Shown here piece after piece: positions 7,889 through 18,597 of a stretch of DNA of 64,000 bases (the stretch's first letter is position 1; each line of letters begins with the position of its first letter). This stretch comes from an uncultured Candidatus Saccharibacteria bacterium (GTDB lineage Bacteria; Patescibacteriota; Minisyncoccia; Phycocordibacterales; UBA918), in assembly GCA_964353135.1 (NCBI GenBank), contig CAYGTV010000001.1, forward strand, positions 151,138-215,137. Reading direction: 5' to 3'. The notes under the pieces are model-generated. The model saw nothing but the letters and a program-made list of their open reading frames with translations. It made no database searches and was not told the DNA's origin. The translations under genes and the position numbers were made by a program.

Positions 7889-10636
7889 ATGGAAGGTGGA
7901 CCTAAACAATTTTCTAGTCCGGCCGAAGAGGTGGCGTACCTGCGCGAGCAGCTGGCTCATAAAGAGCGAGAGGTACTTAGTCGCGTGACAGAACTGGACT
8001 CAGTTGAGCGTGAGTCGATCGGTAAGCAGGAGTTGAACAAGTATCATCAGTTCACACCTAAAATGGTCCTGGACCCCAGTTACGAACTATCTGGTCAAGA
8101 TATGGCCGAGGCCGTTGCCACCATTGAGCTGTCGATTAATCCAGTCGAGGATATTTTGCAGATTGCCAAGGAGAAAGGAATTAAAAACGCCTTGTCGGTA
8201 CTTGAGAGTACCAATGATGTGTACACAATTGATGAGGTTCATCGTCGCCTGATTGAAATGATCAACGGCGGATCGTCGATTGCTGGTCTGAAGGAAGGAG
8301 TGCCACCTTGGCACGTGTTACACATGACGCTCTACGAGGTAACCCTGCCAGCTCAAAAAGCAGACGCCCCGCCAGCACCACTTACCGACCTGGTTGGAAC
8401 AATGGAGCAGCTACTGGCTGGACTAAGAACCATTGGCTCAAAAAAATCTGGCAATCATTTTATATTTGAAATTGCGGTATCAAATAATAGTGAAGATATT
8501 GTATTTTACGTTGCCGTACCAAACGAATTCACCTCACTATTTGAAAAGCAGACACTGTCACTATTTCCTCACGCCGAGCTAGCAGTTCAACCGCATGACT
8601 ACAACGTGTACATGGAAGGTGGTGTGACTGAGGTAGCCGAACTCTCGCTCAAAAAACATCCGCTGTATCCAATTAAAACCGCTGCCGAATTTACCACGGA
8701 CCCACTCGAGGTGATACTCAACGCATTTTCTAAAATTACCCGTTCTGAGGGGGCAGCAGCCCAGTTTGCTATCCGTCATCCACAGGGCAAGTATCACGAC
8801 AAGTACCTGTCGATTATTAAAAAAATCTCCAATGGAATGAAACCAGAGGAGGCCATCTCACGCAGTACAGCTGGTGGTGCGTTTGTGGCAGAAATAGGTG
8901 GATTGTTTACCGGTAACAAAAAACCTGAAACAGAATTTGAAAAACCACTCGAAGTTGATACCGATGTGGTTGACTTATTTCGTTCAAAAGTCGCCAAAGA
9001 CATCGCTGAGGTTGTGGTCCGAGTGGTAGTGTCTGCGGCTGATAAGGGGCGTGTGCAGCAGATTATGACTGAAATTGAATCAGCCTGGAACCAGTTTGAT
9101 ACGGTTAATGCTAACCAGCTGGTGTTTACCAGACTTAAAGGGAAACAGTCTCGCTTGGCAGCCAAAGCATTTTCATTTCGACAGTTTGACCAAAGGAAAA
9201 TAATGCCGCTAGCACTCGACGAGCTAGCAACGTTGGCCCATTTCCCGGGGTCTGGAGTACAGTCTGCTCACCAGTTCAAACAATCAAACGTACAAACAGC
9301 ACCGGCGCCATCAAATATGCCAGATAGCGGCACGTTGCTGGGGATTAATCGCCATCGCAACGTAGAAAAGGAAATCTATATTAGCGACGAAGATCGTTTG
9401 CGTCATTTCTACATCATTGGTCAGACTGGTACTGGTAAAACCACGCTGATGAAAAATATGATCGTGCAGGACATTCTGCGTGGGGATGGTGTGTGTATGA
9501 TCGATCCGCACGGTACTGACATCGAAGATGTGCTTGGAGCAGTGCCGCCCGAGCGAGCAGACGATGTGATCTACTTTGACCCGTCAAACCTCGACAATGT
9601 GGTGGGTCTCAACATGCTCGAGTACGACTACAGCAAACCAGAGCAAAAGACGTTTGTCGTCAATGAACTATTTTCCATCTTTCAAAAACTATACGGAGCC
9701 AACCCAGAATCAATGGGGCCGATGTTTGAACAGTATTTCAGAAATGCCACTATGTTGGTGATGGAAGATCCTGAAAGTGGCAACACCTTGATGGACATCG
9801 GTCGGGTGCTATCTGATGCATCATACCGTCGGCAAAAACTGGCCAAGGCAACCAACCCGGTGGTGATCCAGTTCTGGAAAGAAATTGCCGGCAAAGCGGG
9901 TGGGGAAGCGTCACTCGAGAACATAGTGCCGTACATTGTATCTAAATTCGACGTCTTTACCGCCAACGACTACATGCGACCGATCATCGGACAGCAAAAG
10001 AGTGCCTTTGATTTCCGTGAAGTGATGGATAATAAAAAGATTCTCTTGGTAAACCTCTCAAAGGGACGGTTGGGTGAAATTAATGCTAACTTGATCGGGA
10101 TGATTTTTGTCGGGAAGATCCTCATGGCAGCTCTGTCTCGGGTAGATGATCCGACTCGTGGATTCCCACCGTTTTACCTACACATGGATGAGTTCCAAAA
10201 CGTTTCAACCAACTCGATTTCGGCGATCCTGTCTGAGGCTCGTAAATATAAACTTGGCCTCACCATCGCTCACCAGTATATTGCTCAACTAGACCCAGAC
10301 ATCAAAGATGCAGTATTTGGAAACGTCGGTTCAATGGCAGCCTTTCGGGTTGGTCCCGATGATGCTCAGTTCCTAGAGCAACAATACGCTCCCACATTCA
10401 CGGCAAACGACCTAATGAACGTGCCAAACCGCAATGCCTTTATGCGAGTACTGGCAGACGGTACACCAACATTGCCGTTTAGTCTGGGTACTATGGCTCC
10501 AGCAGAACCTGATCTAGGTCGGGTGCAAGAAATGATCGCCATGAGCGCCGCTAAACACGGCCGTCCAAGAGCGCAGATTGAGGCCGATATTGCCGCTCGT
10601 TATCATAAGCCGCAACGTCCAACTATTACACTGTAG
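7889..10636 (+). CDS. VirD4/TraG/HerA-like P-loop ATPase (type IV coupling protein family)
   Basis: RHFYIIGQTGTGKT, IDPHG, YLHMDEFQN, SEARKY, AHQY, FGNVGS motifs. Confidence 0.9.
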   Translation: MEGGPKQFSSPAEEVAYLREQLAHKEREVLSRVTELDSVERESIGKQELNKYHQFTPKMVLDPSYELSGQDMAEAVATIELSINPVEDILQIAKEKGIKNALSVLESTNDVYTIDEVHRRLIEMINGGSSIAGLKEGVPPWHVLHMTLYEVTLPAQKADAPPAPLTDLVGTMEQLLAGLRTIGSKKSGNHFIFEIAVSNNSEDIVFYVAVPNEFTSLFEKQTLSLFPHAELAVQPHDYNVYMEGGVTEVAELSLKKHPLYPIKTAAEFTTDPLEVILNAFSKITRSEGAAAQFAIRHPQGKYHDKYLSIIKKISNGMKPEEAISRSTAGGAFVAEIGGLFTGNKKPETEFEKPLEVDTDVVDLFRSKVAKDIAEVVVRVVVSAADKGRVQQIMTEIESAWNQFDTVNANQLVFTRLKGKQSRLAAKAFSFRQFDQRKIMPLALDELATLAHFPGSGVQSAHQFKQSNVQTAPAPSNMPDSGTLLGINRHRNVEKEIYISDEDRLRHFYIIGQTGTGKTTLMKNMIVQDILRGDGVCMIDPHGTDIEDVLGAVPPERADDVIYFDPSNLDNVVGLNMLEYDYSKPEQKTFVVNELFSIFQKLYGANPESMGPMFEQYFRNATMLVMEDPESGNTLMDIGRVLSDASYRRQKLAKATNPVVIQFWKEIAGKAGGEASLENIVPYIVSKFDVFTANDYMRPIIGQQKSAFDFREVMDNKKILLVNLSKGRLGEINANLIGMIFVGKILMAALSRVDDPTRGFPPFYLHMDEFQNVSTNSISAILSEARKYKLGLTIAHQYIAQLDPDIKDAVFGNVGSMAAFRVGPDDAQFLEQQYAPTFTANDLMNVPNRNAFMRVLADGTPTLPFSLGTMAPAEPDLGRVQEMIAMSAAKHGRPRAQIEADIAARYHKPQRPTITL

Positions 10637-10654
10637 TGGTATACTTTTTGCAAT

Positions 10655-12154
10655 ATGGCATTTGATGTAGCTCCAGAGAATAAATATAATAGTGCCCGGA
10701 GAAACGCCGATGCTTTTGGTCCTGTGTATGCCAAAATCACCCAGCCCGAGAAGTTTGAAAACACTGAAGATACCGAGGAAGTTGAAGAATCACTAGATTC
10801 TGAAACAGGTATCGATAACATCATGATAGCAGCCGAAAATTTGGTATTAGATCGGTTGGTTTCTTCATCAGAAGAAGCAGCTGAGTTTGGGTACACTGAT
10901 GCTTTTGATAAATTGAACGACCTAGAGGATAAGCTAAGTTCTATTAGAGCAAAACTAGAGGCTGGTGAAGAGATCACCAATGAAGATGGGGAAGCGGTTC
11001 AAGCTGCATATAATGCTGTAGAAACATCTATTCAAGCTGAAACTGAGTACGATTCAGAAGTAGAGCAACAGTTTGATCCAGGAACGTATGCACAAGAGCA
11101 ATTTGATGAACACGGCTTTATAACAGCAACTAACCGTTCACGAGTGTATTCGTTAGTTCGTGAGTATCAGAGGGCTCTAAAAGAAACTGATGAAGGAAAG
11201 GATGTTGCTGCAGTAGCGCATGTAGAACAGATTGCTCAAGAAATAAAAAGTGTGGTAGATGAACTGGTTGGTAACGATGTGCTTCCGCAAGAGGGAGTCG
11301 GATATGACCTAAGCCCGTCTTCTAAAAAAGAAACTGGCCTCAGGATTAAAAACCTTGATCTGGATGAAGGTGAATCTATTTCTATCGGCCTAGAACCAGT
11401 GGTTCTTAAAGAGCCTGAGACTATCATTGAAAAGCTACAATCAACCGCAACACCGGGAATTGATTTTAGTGTCAGTAGTCGCTATAGCGAAGAAATTGCC
11501 AAAGACATACAAGAGACCCAGCAAGATACCGAAAACCTGAGAGTAATTGCTCAAGAACAAGAACAGGAGGACATGGATGATGAACCCGACGTTGCATCGG
11601 TTTCTGAGAACGTTTATTCTCCGGAGCAAAAAGAGTCTGACGATAACACTTATGGTGAACCAATTGATATGGAAGCCTTTGCCGGGTCTGATGCTCGTGA
11701 CGAGTTGTTTGAAGATGAGGATGATTATGAGGAAGAATTGGTAGTACCAGATGCAGTTCCGACAACAACTTCATTTACTCCAGAATCTGTAGCTGCAAAA
11801 GCTACTGAAATACAGTCACAGCCCAAAGAAGCGTCAGAAAAAATAAATCAGGAGGCTGTTATTCAAGCAGGAGTCAAAAAGATTGAAAATACAAAAAGCT
11901 GGTGGGACAGCATAATTAGCAATGATGTCAGTCCCTATGAAGTATTTCAAGATTTGTCGTTCAAAGAAGTTATGGATTGGCAGGATAGTCCACAGCAACT
12001 GGAGTGGAAACTGATGTCATATAGAATTGATCGTGATGACTATAATAAATGGGCTGCATTAGAAGAGGACATCATGACTACTGTCGAGGTTGATCCCAAA
12101 CAAACATTCAAAGAAGTTGTCGATCAGTACATTATTACTACTTATACTAAGTAG
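10655..12154 (+). CDS. Hypothetical highly acidic protein
   Basis: 499-aa ORF, E/D-rich; leaderless -10 TATACT upstream. Confidence 0.8.
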   Translation: MAFDVAPENKYNSARRNADAFGPVYAKITQPEKFENTEDTEEVEESLDSETGIDNIMIAAENLVLDRLVSSSEEAAEFGYTDAFDKLNDLEDKLSSIRAKLEAGEEITNEDGEAVQAAYNAVETSIQAETEYDSEVEQQFDPGTYAQEQFDEHGFITATNRSRVYSLVREYQRALKETDEGKDVAAVAHVEQIAQEIKSVVDELVGNDVLPQEGVGYDLSPSSKKETGLRIKNLDLDEGESISIGLEPVVLKEPETIIEKLQSTATPGIDFSVSSRYSEEIAKDIQETQQDTENLRVIAQEQEQEDMDDEPDVASVSENVYSPEQKESDDNTYGEPIDMEAFAGSDARDELFEDEDDYEEELVVPDAVPTTTSFTPESVAAKATEIQSQPKEASEKINQEAVIQAGVKKIENTKSWWDSIISNDVSPYEVFQDLSFKEVMDWQDSPQQLEWKLMSYRIDRDDYNKWAALEEDIMTTVEVDPKQTFKEVVDQYIITTYTK

Positions 12155-12209
12155 TAATACACAGTTGATTACAACTGGCTATCTAAGTTAAATGGTACTA
12201 TAGTCGTAT

Positions 12210-13646
12210 ATGTCTAGTTCTGGTTCTTCTCTGGGAGCGTTTTCTTTTGATACTCCGCAAGCAGTGATGCATGTTTTGGCGTCTGTTCGAAAAAGCGACA
12301 TTTCACCGGCTGATAAAAACAGCCTGCGCGACTTGGTTTTGTCGTATACCAATGGTGGAAAAGACCCGTCACTTAAAATTCAGATTGAACAAAAGCTGGC
12401 TAGTTTAGCAGTGCAGCCTTTACCCCAAGCGGCCGCGCCTAGTTCAGCTCCAACACCTGAATTTGGGTCTTCTCGAAATGTACCAGTGATGTTCACTGCC
12501 TCGGTGCCAGTAGTGGAGACAGCTGCAGTACCGGTTGCACCTGCTCCTCAACCTGTCCCTGTCGTGCCCCCAGTGCCACCAATAGTTCAATCAGCTCCAG
12601 CTGAAGTACCCCCAGTACAGGCAGCACGGCCACTTGCTCCTGTTGTACCTCAACCAGCCCCACAGCCTGCTCCTGCAGCCCCTGCGCCAGCCCCAAGTGC
12701 AGACAATTCTGCTGCACTCGCACGGGTCCGGGAAATCAAATCTATAGTGAATGAAAAGATTGGTAACCCAGTCAATTTGGTAGATATCGACAATGCAGTT
12801 GGGCGTGAGTACATGTCAGCTTTGTTGGATGCAATGAAGAAACTAAGCTCCGGAGTAAACAGTGTCAGCACGATGGAGCGATTAGAAGCAGCTTTTGTTG
12901 AGGTTGAACGAGTGCTTGAGCAGCCGCGCCCGATTGAAACTCCTGAACCTGAGCCTACTCCAGTCCCTATAGCTCCAGCACCACCAGTGCCAACTCCTGA
13001 ACCGGTAGCGCTCCAACTAGCTCCTGAGCCGGTGCTACCTCCAGAGCCAGAACCTGCCCTAGTTTCACCTATGGTAGAGCCTCCTCGTGTTGAACCACAA
13101 CCAGTTGTGCAACAAGAAGAAGTGAAACCAAAACCAACCCCAAAACCAGAAATCCCGCCTGCTCCGCAGCCGCCAAAAGAGCCAGTCTCAACCCCGATAG
13201 AAGATAGCCGTTGGCACGCAGCAGCAGCAGCGATCAAGCCAGCGCCAGTTAAATCTCTTTCGGAATCTGCTGAGCCGCTCAAATCAGTCGCTGATGTCCC
13301 AACGCAAGATTCAATTTCAAACAGAGCAGAGGATCCTCTACGATCTCAGGAGGTGAACGAAGGGTTAAACCAACTCCTGTCTGACTGGATGTTGTTCAAG
13401 AAAAGTGGCCTGTTTGGTACAGGTCCAAACGGAGTAGAGCACCCGCTATATCAAAAAATCAAAGACCTACAAATCCCACTTCTTTTGGCTGGTCGATTTG
13501 AGGGCGCAACCCAAGAGATCAAGCAAAGTATTACTGACTACATGAATGGTTGGCGATACGAACAAGGGATCATCTATGAACAAGGTGAGACATTTGATCA
13601 CTACCTACGTCGCGTGATTCGTCATATTCTCGATTTGCAAAAATAA
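12210..13646 (+). CDS. Hypothetical protein with Pro-rich linkers
   Basis: 478-aa ORF; three globular-looking segments separated by P/A/E-rich tracts. Confidence 0.8.
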   Translation: MSSSGSSLGAFSFDTPQAVMHVLASVRKSDISPADKNSLRDLVLSYTNGGKDPSLKIQIEQKLASLAVQPLPQAAAPSSAPTPEFGSSRNVPVMFTASVPVVETAAVPVAPAPQPVPVVPPVPPIVQSAPAEVPPVQAARPLAPVVPQPAPQPAPAAPAPAPSADNSAALARVREIKSIVNEKIGNPVNLVDIDNAVGREYMSALLDAMKKLSSGVNSVSTMERLEAAFVEVERVLEQPRPIETPEPEPTPVPIAPAPPVPTPEPVALQLAPEPVLPPEPEPALVSPMVEPPRVEPQPVVQQEEVKPKPTPKPEIPPAPQPPKEPVSTPIEDSRWHAAAAAIKPAPVKSLSESAEPLKSVADVPTQDSISNRAEDPLRSQEVNEGLNQLLSDWMLFKKSGLFGTGPNGVEHPLYQKIKDLQIPLLLAGRFEGATQEIKQSITDYMNGWRYEQGIIYEQGETFDHYLRRVIRHILDLQK

Positions 13647-13669
13647 CCAGCTGGCTTCACAATGCATCT

Positions 13670-14260
13670 ATGCAACATCCAATTACGCTCATTCGTAGTG
13701 CGCAGCCTCTGTCTTACATTCCTGACACTACGCAGCCAATAACCACTTTTGTGCATGAAAAAGTCGGGGTTGATGAGGTGAAAGCTATAACCAAGCAAGC
13801 CCACCTCCGCCCATCAACCGGAAATGACTATGTATTTGTGATTGGCACCTTGTTTGTGACACACGAAGCCCAGAACGCTTTGCTGAAGTTGTTTGAAGAG
13901 CCACCGCAAGGATTATCATTTCAACTGGTGTTACCAGAATCAGTCGGATTACTACCGACGCTTATGTCTCGGGTTGGCAGTGTGGTTCACCACGCTACTC
14001 ATAATGACGATACGGCCTGGAATGTTTTTCTCGCGGCTACACCAACTGAGCGTCTCCAGCAAATTGATACCTGGCAGAAAACCAAAGATCCACAATGGTT
14101 GCAAACCATCCTTAGGGGTGTACACAACTACAAAAGTACTGATCTTCCGCCTACTGCACTACCAGCCGTGCGTCTGGCTGGGGAAAAGCTAGCCACTCGG
14201 GGCGCTGGTAATAAAATGCTGCTGGAACATATAGCATTGGCAATTCCACTACGAAAGTAA
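13670..14260 (+). CDS. holB: DNA polymerase III delta-prime-like protein (reduced)
   Basis: EAQNALLKLFEEPP and LLPTLMSR motifs. Confidence 0.8.
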   Translation: MQHPITLIRSAQPLSYIPDTTQPITTFVHEKVGVDEVKAITKQAHLRPSTGNDYVFVIGTLFVTHEAQNALLKLFEEPPQGLSFQLVLPESVGLLPTLMSRVGSVVHHATHNDDTAWNVFLAATPTERLQQIDTWQKTKDPQWLQTILRGVHNYKSTDLPPTALPAVRLAGEKLATRGAGNKMLLEHIALAIPLRK

Positions 14261-14288
14261 CGAGCAAAATGATACACTAACAAGCACT

Positions 14289-14834
14289 ATGGATATACAA
14301 GCAATCAAAACTAAGTTAGCGGAGTCAGTAGACTGGCTAAAAAAAGAATTCTCAGCTATCAGAAGCGGACAAGCAAGTCCAGCCCTGCTTGATGGCGTAA
14401 CAGTTGAAAGTTATGGGATGTATATGCCGATGAATCAGGTTTCTACTGTAGGAGTAGAAGACGCTCGTACGCTTCGTATTTCACCGTTTGATTCGTCACA
14501 AATTTCTGCTATTGAACAAGCTATCCAGGAGGCAAACCTAGGTGTGTCACTAGCTACTGATTCTTCCGGTGTACGGGTTATCTTTCCAGAACTGACGGCA
14601 GACCGCCGAGTGCAATTGCAAAAGTTAGCAAAAGCCAAGCTAGAGGATTCTAGAATTGCGGTTCGAGCAATTCGAGATGATGCTATGAAGCTGATCGAGA
14701 AAAACGAAAAAGCTGGTGATATCAGCGAGGATGAAAAGTATAATCAGAAAGAACAAGTTCAAAAAGCAGTCGAAGAGACCAATGCAACTCTCGAGGGACT
14801 TTATACAACAAAGGAAGTAGAATTAGCATCGTAA
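14289..14834 (+). CDS. frr: Ribosome recycling factor
   Basis: IRSGQASPALLD, PELTADRR, ISEDE motifs. Confidence 0.96.
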   Translation: MDIQAIKTKLAESVDWLKKEFSAIRSGQASPALLDGVTVESYGMYMPMNQVSTVGVEDARTLRISPFDSSQISAIEQAIQEANLGVSLATDSSGVRVIFPELTADRRVQLQKLAKAKLEDSRIAVRAIRDDAMKLIEKNEKAGDISEDEKYNQKEQVQKAVEETNATLEGLYTTKEVELAS

Positions 14835-14838
14835 TAGT

Positions 14839-16038
14839 ATGTCGGTATTTCTCTTTCTCGTTGTTCTGTTTGTATTAATCCTTGTCCACGAATGGGGACA
14901 CTTTATTGTGGCCAAAAAAACCGGGATGCGGGTTGATGAGTTTGGGATTGGATTCCCACCAAAATTATTTGGAATCAAGAAAGGGGAGACTGAGTACACA
15001 TTTAATGCGCTTCCGATCGGTGGTTTTGTAAAAATATTTGGAGAAAACGGCGAGGAGCCGTTTTCTCCGGTCGAGAGCGGAGCGAACGATCGCCGATCTG
15101 AAGCGAATGCTGAAGCAGGCGAAGGTGGGACGAAAGCTGTTTTGAAAAGCACGAGCAACTCAAGGTCAGCTGATTCACGGAACAACCCTGACTCACGATC
15201 GTTCTCCTCTCGTCCTAAATGGGCTCAGGCACTGGTGTTGATTGCAGGGGTAGTGATGAACATCCTTTTCGCGTGGGTGCTGTTCTCAGTGACCTACATG
15301 GTCGGTGTCCCAACTGCAGTAGAGGAAGCCTCAGCTGGTCCCGAGGCACAACTTCTGATTGCTGGAACACTACCTGACAGTCCTGCTGCAGTTATTCCAG
15401 CGGGATCGCAAATTATCATGGTAACAACCGGCGACCAAGCGCTTGAAATGCCTACTCCATCAACGTTCTCTGACTTTGTTTCTGACAACGCACCAGCTGA
15501 TCTAGAGGTGTCATATCAGCTAGGTGGCGAAGTCAGTACTGTGACAGTGAGCCCAGTTCAAGGCATTATTGCCGATGAGCCAGAACGCTATGCTGTTGGT
15601 GCTTCTTTAGCGCTGATTGAAATCCAAAAACAGCCATTTTTTATAGCTATTGCCAATGGATTTACCGCCACCATAAATGGATTGCAGGCAATCACAGTGG
15701 GCTTGTTTACACTTATTTCACAGTCATTTGCAGGTACTGCTGATTTCACTCAAGTGGCTGGCCCAGTTGGGATTGTGGGGATGGTGGGTGATGCCGCCGC
15801 CTTTGGTTTAACTGCGCTACTGACGTTCACAGCAGTCATCTCACTCAATCTAGCGGTAATCAACCTGCTACCATTTCCAGCCCTTGATGGTGGACGTCTG
15901 GTATTTGTCGCGATCGAAGCTGTCACTGGGAAGGACATTCCTCCCCAGTGGGCGGGCCGAATGAACCTGGTTGGGTTTGCGTTGCTGATGATACTCATGG
16001 TTGCTGTCACCTACAACGACATTTTGAACCTTTTATAG
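14839..16038 (+). CDS. rseP: Site-2 protease RseP (M50) with PDZ domain
   Basis: HEWGH, PIGGFVK, NLLPFPALDGG; follows frr. Confidence 0.93.
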   Translation: MSVFLFLVVLFVLILVHEWGHFIVAKKTGMRVDEFGIGFPPKLFGIKKGETEYTFNALPIGGFVKIFGENGEEPFSPVESGANDRRSEANAEAGEGGTKAVLKSTSNSRSADSRNNPDSRSFSSRPKWAQALVLIAGVVMNILFAWVLFSVTYMVGVPTAVEEASAGPEAQLLIAGTLPDSPAAVIPAGSQIIMVTTGDQALEMPTPSTFSDFVSDNAPADLEVSYQLGGEVSTVTVSPVQGIIADEPERYAVGASLALIEIQKQPFFIAIANGFTATINGLQAITVGLFTLISQSFAGTADFTQVAGPVGIVGMVGDAAAFGLTALLTFTAVISLNLAVINLLPFPALDGGRLVFVAIEAVTGKDIPPQWAGRMNLVGFALLMILMVAVTYNDILNLL

Positions 16039-16145
16039 ATGCGTCTACTTTGTTGCGCTACATAAAAAGCCGCTCGCTGGGCACTTGCCCCACTTGCGGC
16101 TTTTTGCTTGCTCGCCTCGTATCCGCAATCTCTAAAACGTTCAAA
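16023..16145. repeat. Palindromic interspersed element, copy 1
   Basis: 80-nt core (16044-16123) matches 22021-22100 at 69/80 positions; nested hairpin with outer inverted arms. Confidence 0.85.
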
Positions 16146-16190
16146 CAAGTAATTGCTCCTTGTTGATCTAGCTGCTATTCTATTGCTTAT

Positions 16191-17447
16191 ATGCGACAAA
16201 CACAATTGTTTACCAAAACCCAAAAAGAAGCCCCAGCTGATGAGCAGGCAAAGAATGCTCAATTACTGATTCGAGCTGGTTATATTCATAAAGAAATGGC
16301 AGGAGTCTATCAGTTGTTGCCGCTGGGTCTGATGGTTGTGCAAAAGATTAAACAAATTGTTCGGGAGGAAATGTCAGCAATTGGAACCAACGAAATGATT
16401 GCAACCAACCTACAGCCAAAAGATGTGTGGGAAAAAACTGGTCGCTGGGACGACGAGGTGGTTGATTGTTGGTTTAAAACTGAACTCAAGGCCGGTGGCG
16501 AAGTGGGATTGGCTTGGAGTCACGAAGAACCATTGGCGAACATGATGAAAAATCATGTTTCTAGTTACAAAGATCTTCCGTTGACGATCTACCAATTCCA
16601 AAACAAGCTACGCAATGAAGTGCGAGCCAAAAGCGGCATGATGCGTGGTCGTGAATTTATCATGAAGGATGCCTACAGTTTCGCAGCCACTGAAGAGCAA
16701 CACGAAGCATTCTACGAGGCGTCCAAAGTTGCCTACACTAAATGTTTTGAACGAATGGGTGTAGGGGACGATACATTTATCACGTTTGCCGCCGGTGGAG
16801 CATTTACTGAGTTCAGTCACGAATTCCAAACCATTTGTGAGGCAGGGGAAGACATCACCTACATTAATAAAGAAAAGGGGATCGCTATTAACGAAGAGGT
16901 GTTAGAAAAAGCTAATCTAGAAGAGCTAGGTGTTACTCGAGAAGAGCTGGTAGCGACTAAAACTGCTGAAGTTGGAAACATTTTTAACTTTGGTCGTCAA
17001 AAAGGTGAAGAAGTCGGACTATTCTTCAAAGATGAAACTGGAGAGCGAATCCCAGTGTGGATGGGTTCATACGGAATTGGGATCACGCGTATGATGGGTG
17101 TATTGGTGGAAAAATTTGCTGACGACAAAGGTATCGTCTGGCCAGCTAGCGTAGCGCCATATCAGGTGCATTTGGTTGGTTTAAATACAGACGACAAAGA
17201 AATTACCGACTGGGCTGATGGTATCTACACTACACTCAAAGCAAACGGGGTGTCAGTGCTGTATGACGACCGAGACGCTCGCCCGGGCGAAAAATTCGCT
17301 GATAGTGACTTGCTCGGGATGCCATACCGAGTAGTTGTCAGTAAGAAAGGAAAAGAGTCAGGCTTGTTTGAAGTTGTGACCCGTGCAACTGGGGAAGTAC
17401 GAAACCTAACTGAAGAAGAGCTATTTGCAGACTTTACTGCAAACTAA
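16191..17447 (+). CDS. proS: Prolyl-tRNA synthetase (short form, no editing insertion)
   Basis: LLIRAGYI, RGREFIMKDAYSF, EVGNIF, YGIGITR, DDRDARPGEKFAD. Confidence 0.95.
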   Translation: MRQTQLFTKTQKEAPADEQAKNAQLLIRAGYIHKEMAGVYQLLPLGLMVVQKIKQIVREEMSAIGTNEMIATNLQPKDVWEKTGRWDDEVVDCWFKTELKAGGEVGLAWSHEEPLANMMKNHVSSYKDLPLTIYQFQNKLRNEVRAKSGMMRGREFIMKDAYSFAATEEQHEAFYEASKVAYTKCFERMGVGDDTFITFAAGGAFTEFSHEFQTICEAGEDITYINKEKGIAINEEVLEKANLEELGVTREELVATKTAEVGNIFNFGRQKGEEVGLFFKDETGERIPVWMGSYGIGITRMMGVLVEKFADDKGIVWPASVAPYQVHLVGLNTDDKEITDWADGIYTTLKANGVSVLYDDRDARPGEKFADSDLLGMPYRVVVSKKGKESGLFEVVTRATGEVRNLTEEELFADFTAN

Positions 17448-17523
17448 CAGAACAAGCAGCTTAATTCTGAGAGATGAGCTGCTTTTTTGTTCCAAAAACC
17501 AATCCGTAGTACAATGAGCACCT

Positions 17524-18597
17524 ATGAAAAAAATGTCCCGCTATGTCAGTCGTCTGCTTGCTACTGTGTCTACGGATGTGGCGATCGATTTAGGGACAGC
17601 CAATACCCTTGTCTACGTAAAAGGAAAGGGGATTGTACTCAATGAACCAACCATAGTTGCCATTAATAAAAAAACCGGCCAACTCGCTGCGGTAGGAAAC
17701 GAAGCGAAAATGATGCAGGGACGCACCCCGCAGCACATCGAAGTGATCAGGCCACTGGTTGATGGGGTTATTTCTGACTTTGAAGTGGCAGAAGAAATGT
17801 TAGCGTATTTGATTAATAAAATCCGGAGTGACATGCGGACGCTTATTGCTCCACGAATGCTGATTGGGGTGCCTTCAGGTATCACCAACGTAGAAATGCG
17901 CGCGGCTCAGGATGCGGCTAAAAATGCCGGCGCACGTGAGGTTTTTCTGATTGAAGAACCAGTAGCTGCTGCCATCGGAGCAAAACTTCCGATCCAAAAA
18001 GCGGTTGGTAGCATGATTATCGATATTGGTGGGGGAACAACTGACATCGCTGTATTGTCCCTTAACGGGCTTGTGGTATCCAGGAACCTGAGGGTCGCAG
18101 GTGACCACCTAAACACTGCAATCATGGTGTATATGCGTGACCAGTTTAAAATCCAGGTGGGAGAAAAAACCGCAGAGGATGCCAAAGTGGCTTTGGCCTC
18201 GATTGCTCATACCGAAGCAGGTAAAGAAATGGTGGCACGTGGTCGAGACGTTGTGACCGGTTTGCCACGGGAAGTTGTGATTACTGATGCTGATGTGCGT
18301 GATGCGGTGGCTTCAAAGCTAGAGACTATTGTCGATAGTGTCCGCAGTGTACTTGAAGAAACACCACCTGAGGTGATGGCCGATATCATGCAGCGAGGAA
18401 TCCATCTTGCCGGGGGTGGAGCGCTTATCCCGGGACTTGCTTCACTCCTTGAGCATGCGCTCGAGGTCCCAGTAATTGTGGTGCCAGATCCACTGAGGGC
18501 TGTGATCCGTGGCGCTGGAATTGTGGTAGAGGATCTCGAATTATATGAAGATTTACTAATTGATCATGCTGATACGTTCGCGCCGCACCTCGGATAA
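17524..18597 (+). CDS. mreB: Rod shape-determining actin MreB (paralog 2)
   Basis: AIDLGTAN, IDIGGGTTD, TPPE, AGGGA; first gene of the mreBCD-PBP2 cluster. Confidence 0.95.
   Translation: MKKMSRYVSRLLATVSTDVAIDLGTANTLVYVKGKGIVLNEPTIVAINKKTGQLAAVGNEAKMMQGRTPQHIEVIRPLVDGVISDFEVAEEMLAYLINKIRSDMRTLIAPRMLIGVPSGITNVEMRAAQDAAKNAGAREVFLIEEPVAAAIGAKLPIQKAVGSMIIDIGGGTTDIAVLSLNGLVVSRNLRVAGDHLNTAIMVYMRDQFKIQVGEKTAEDAKVALASIAHTEAGKEMVARGRDVVTGLPREVVITDADVRDAVASKLETIVDSVRSVLEETPPEVMADIMQRGIHLAGGGALIPGLASLLEHALEVPVIVVPDPLRAVIRGAGIVVEDLELYEDLLIDHADTFAPHLG

Noticed and set aside
12650-13282. 210-aa Gly-rich - strand ORF and other long antisense ORFs (e.g. 37455-38063, 44178-44870)
   Set aside because: Shadow frames of real genes on the opposite strand
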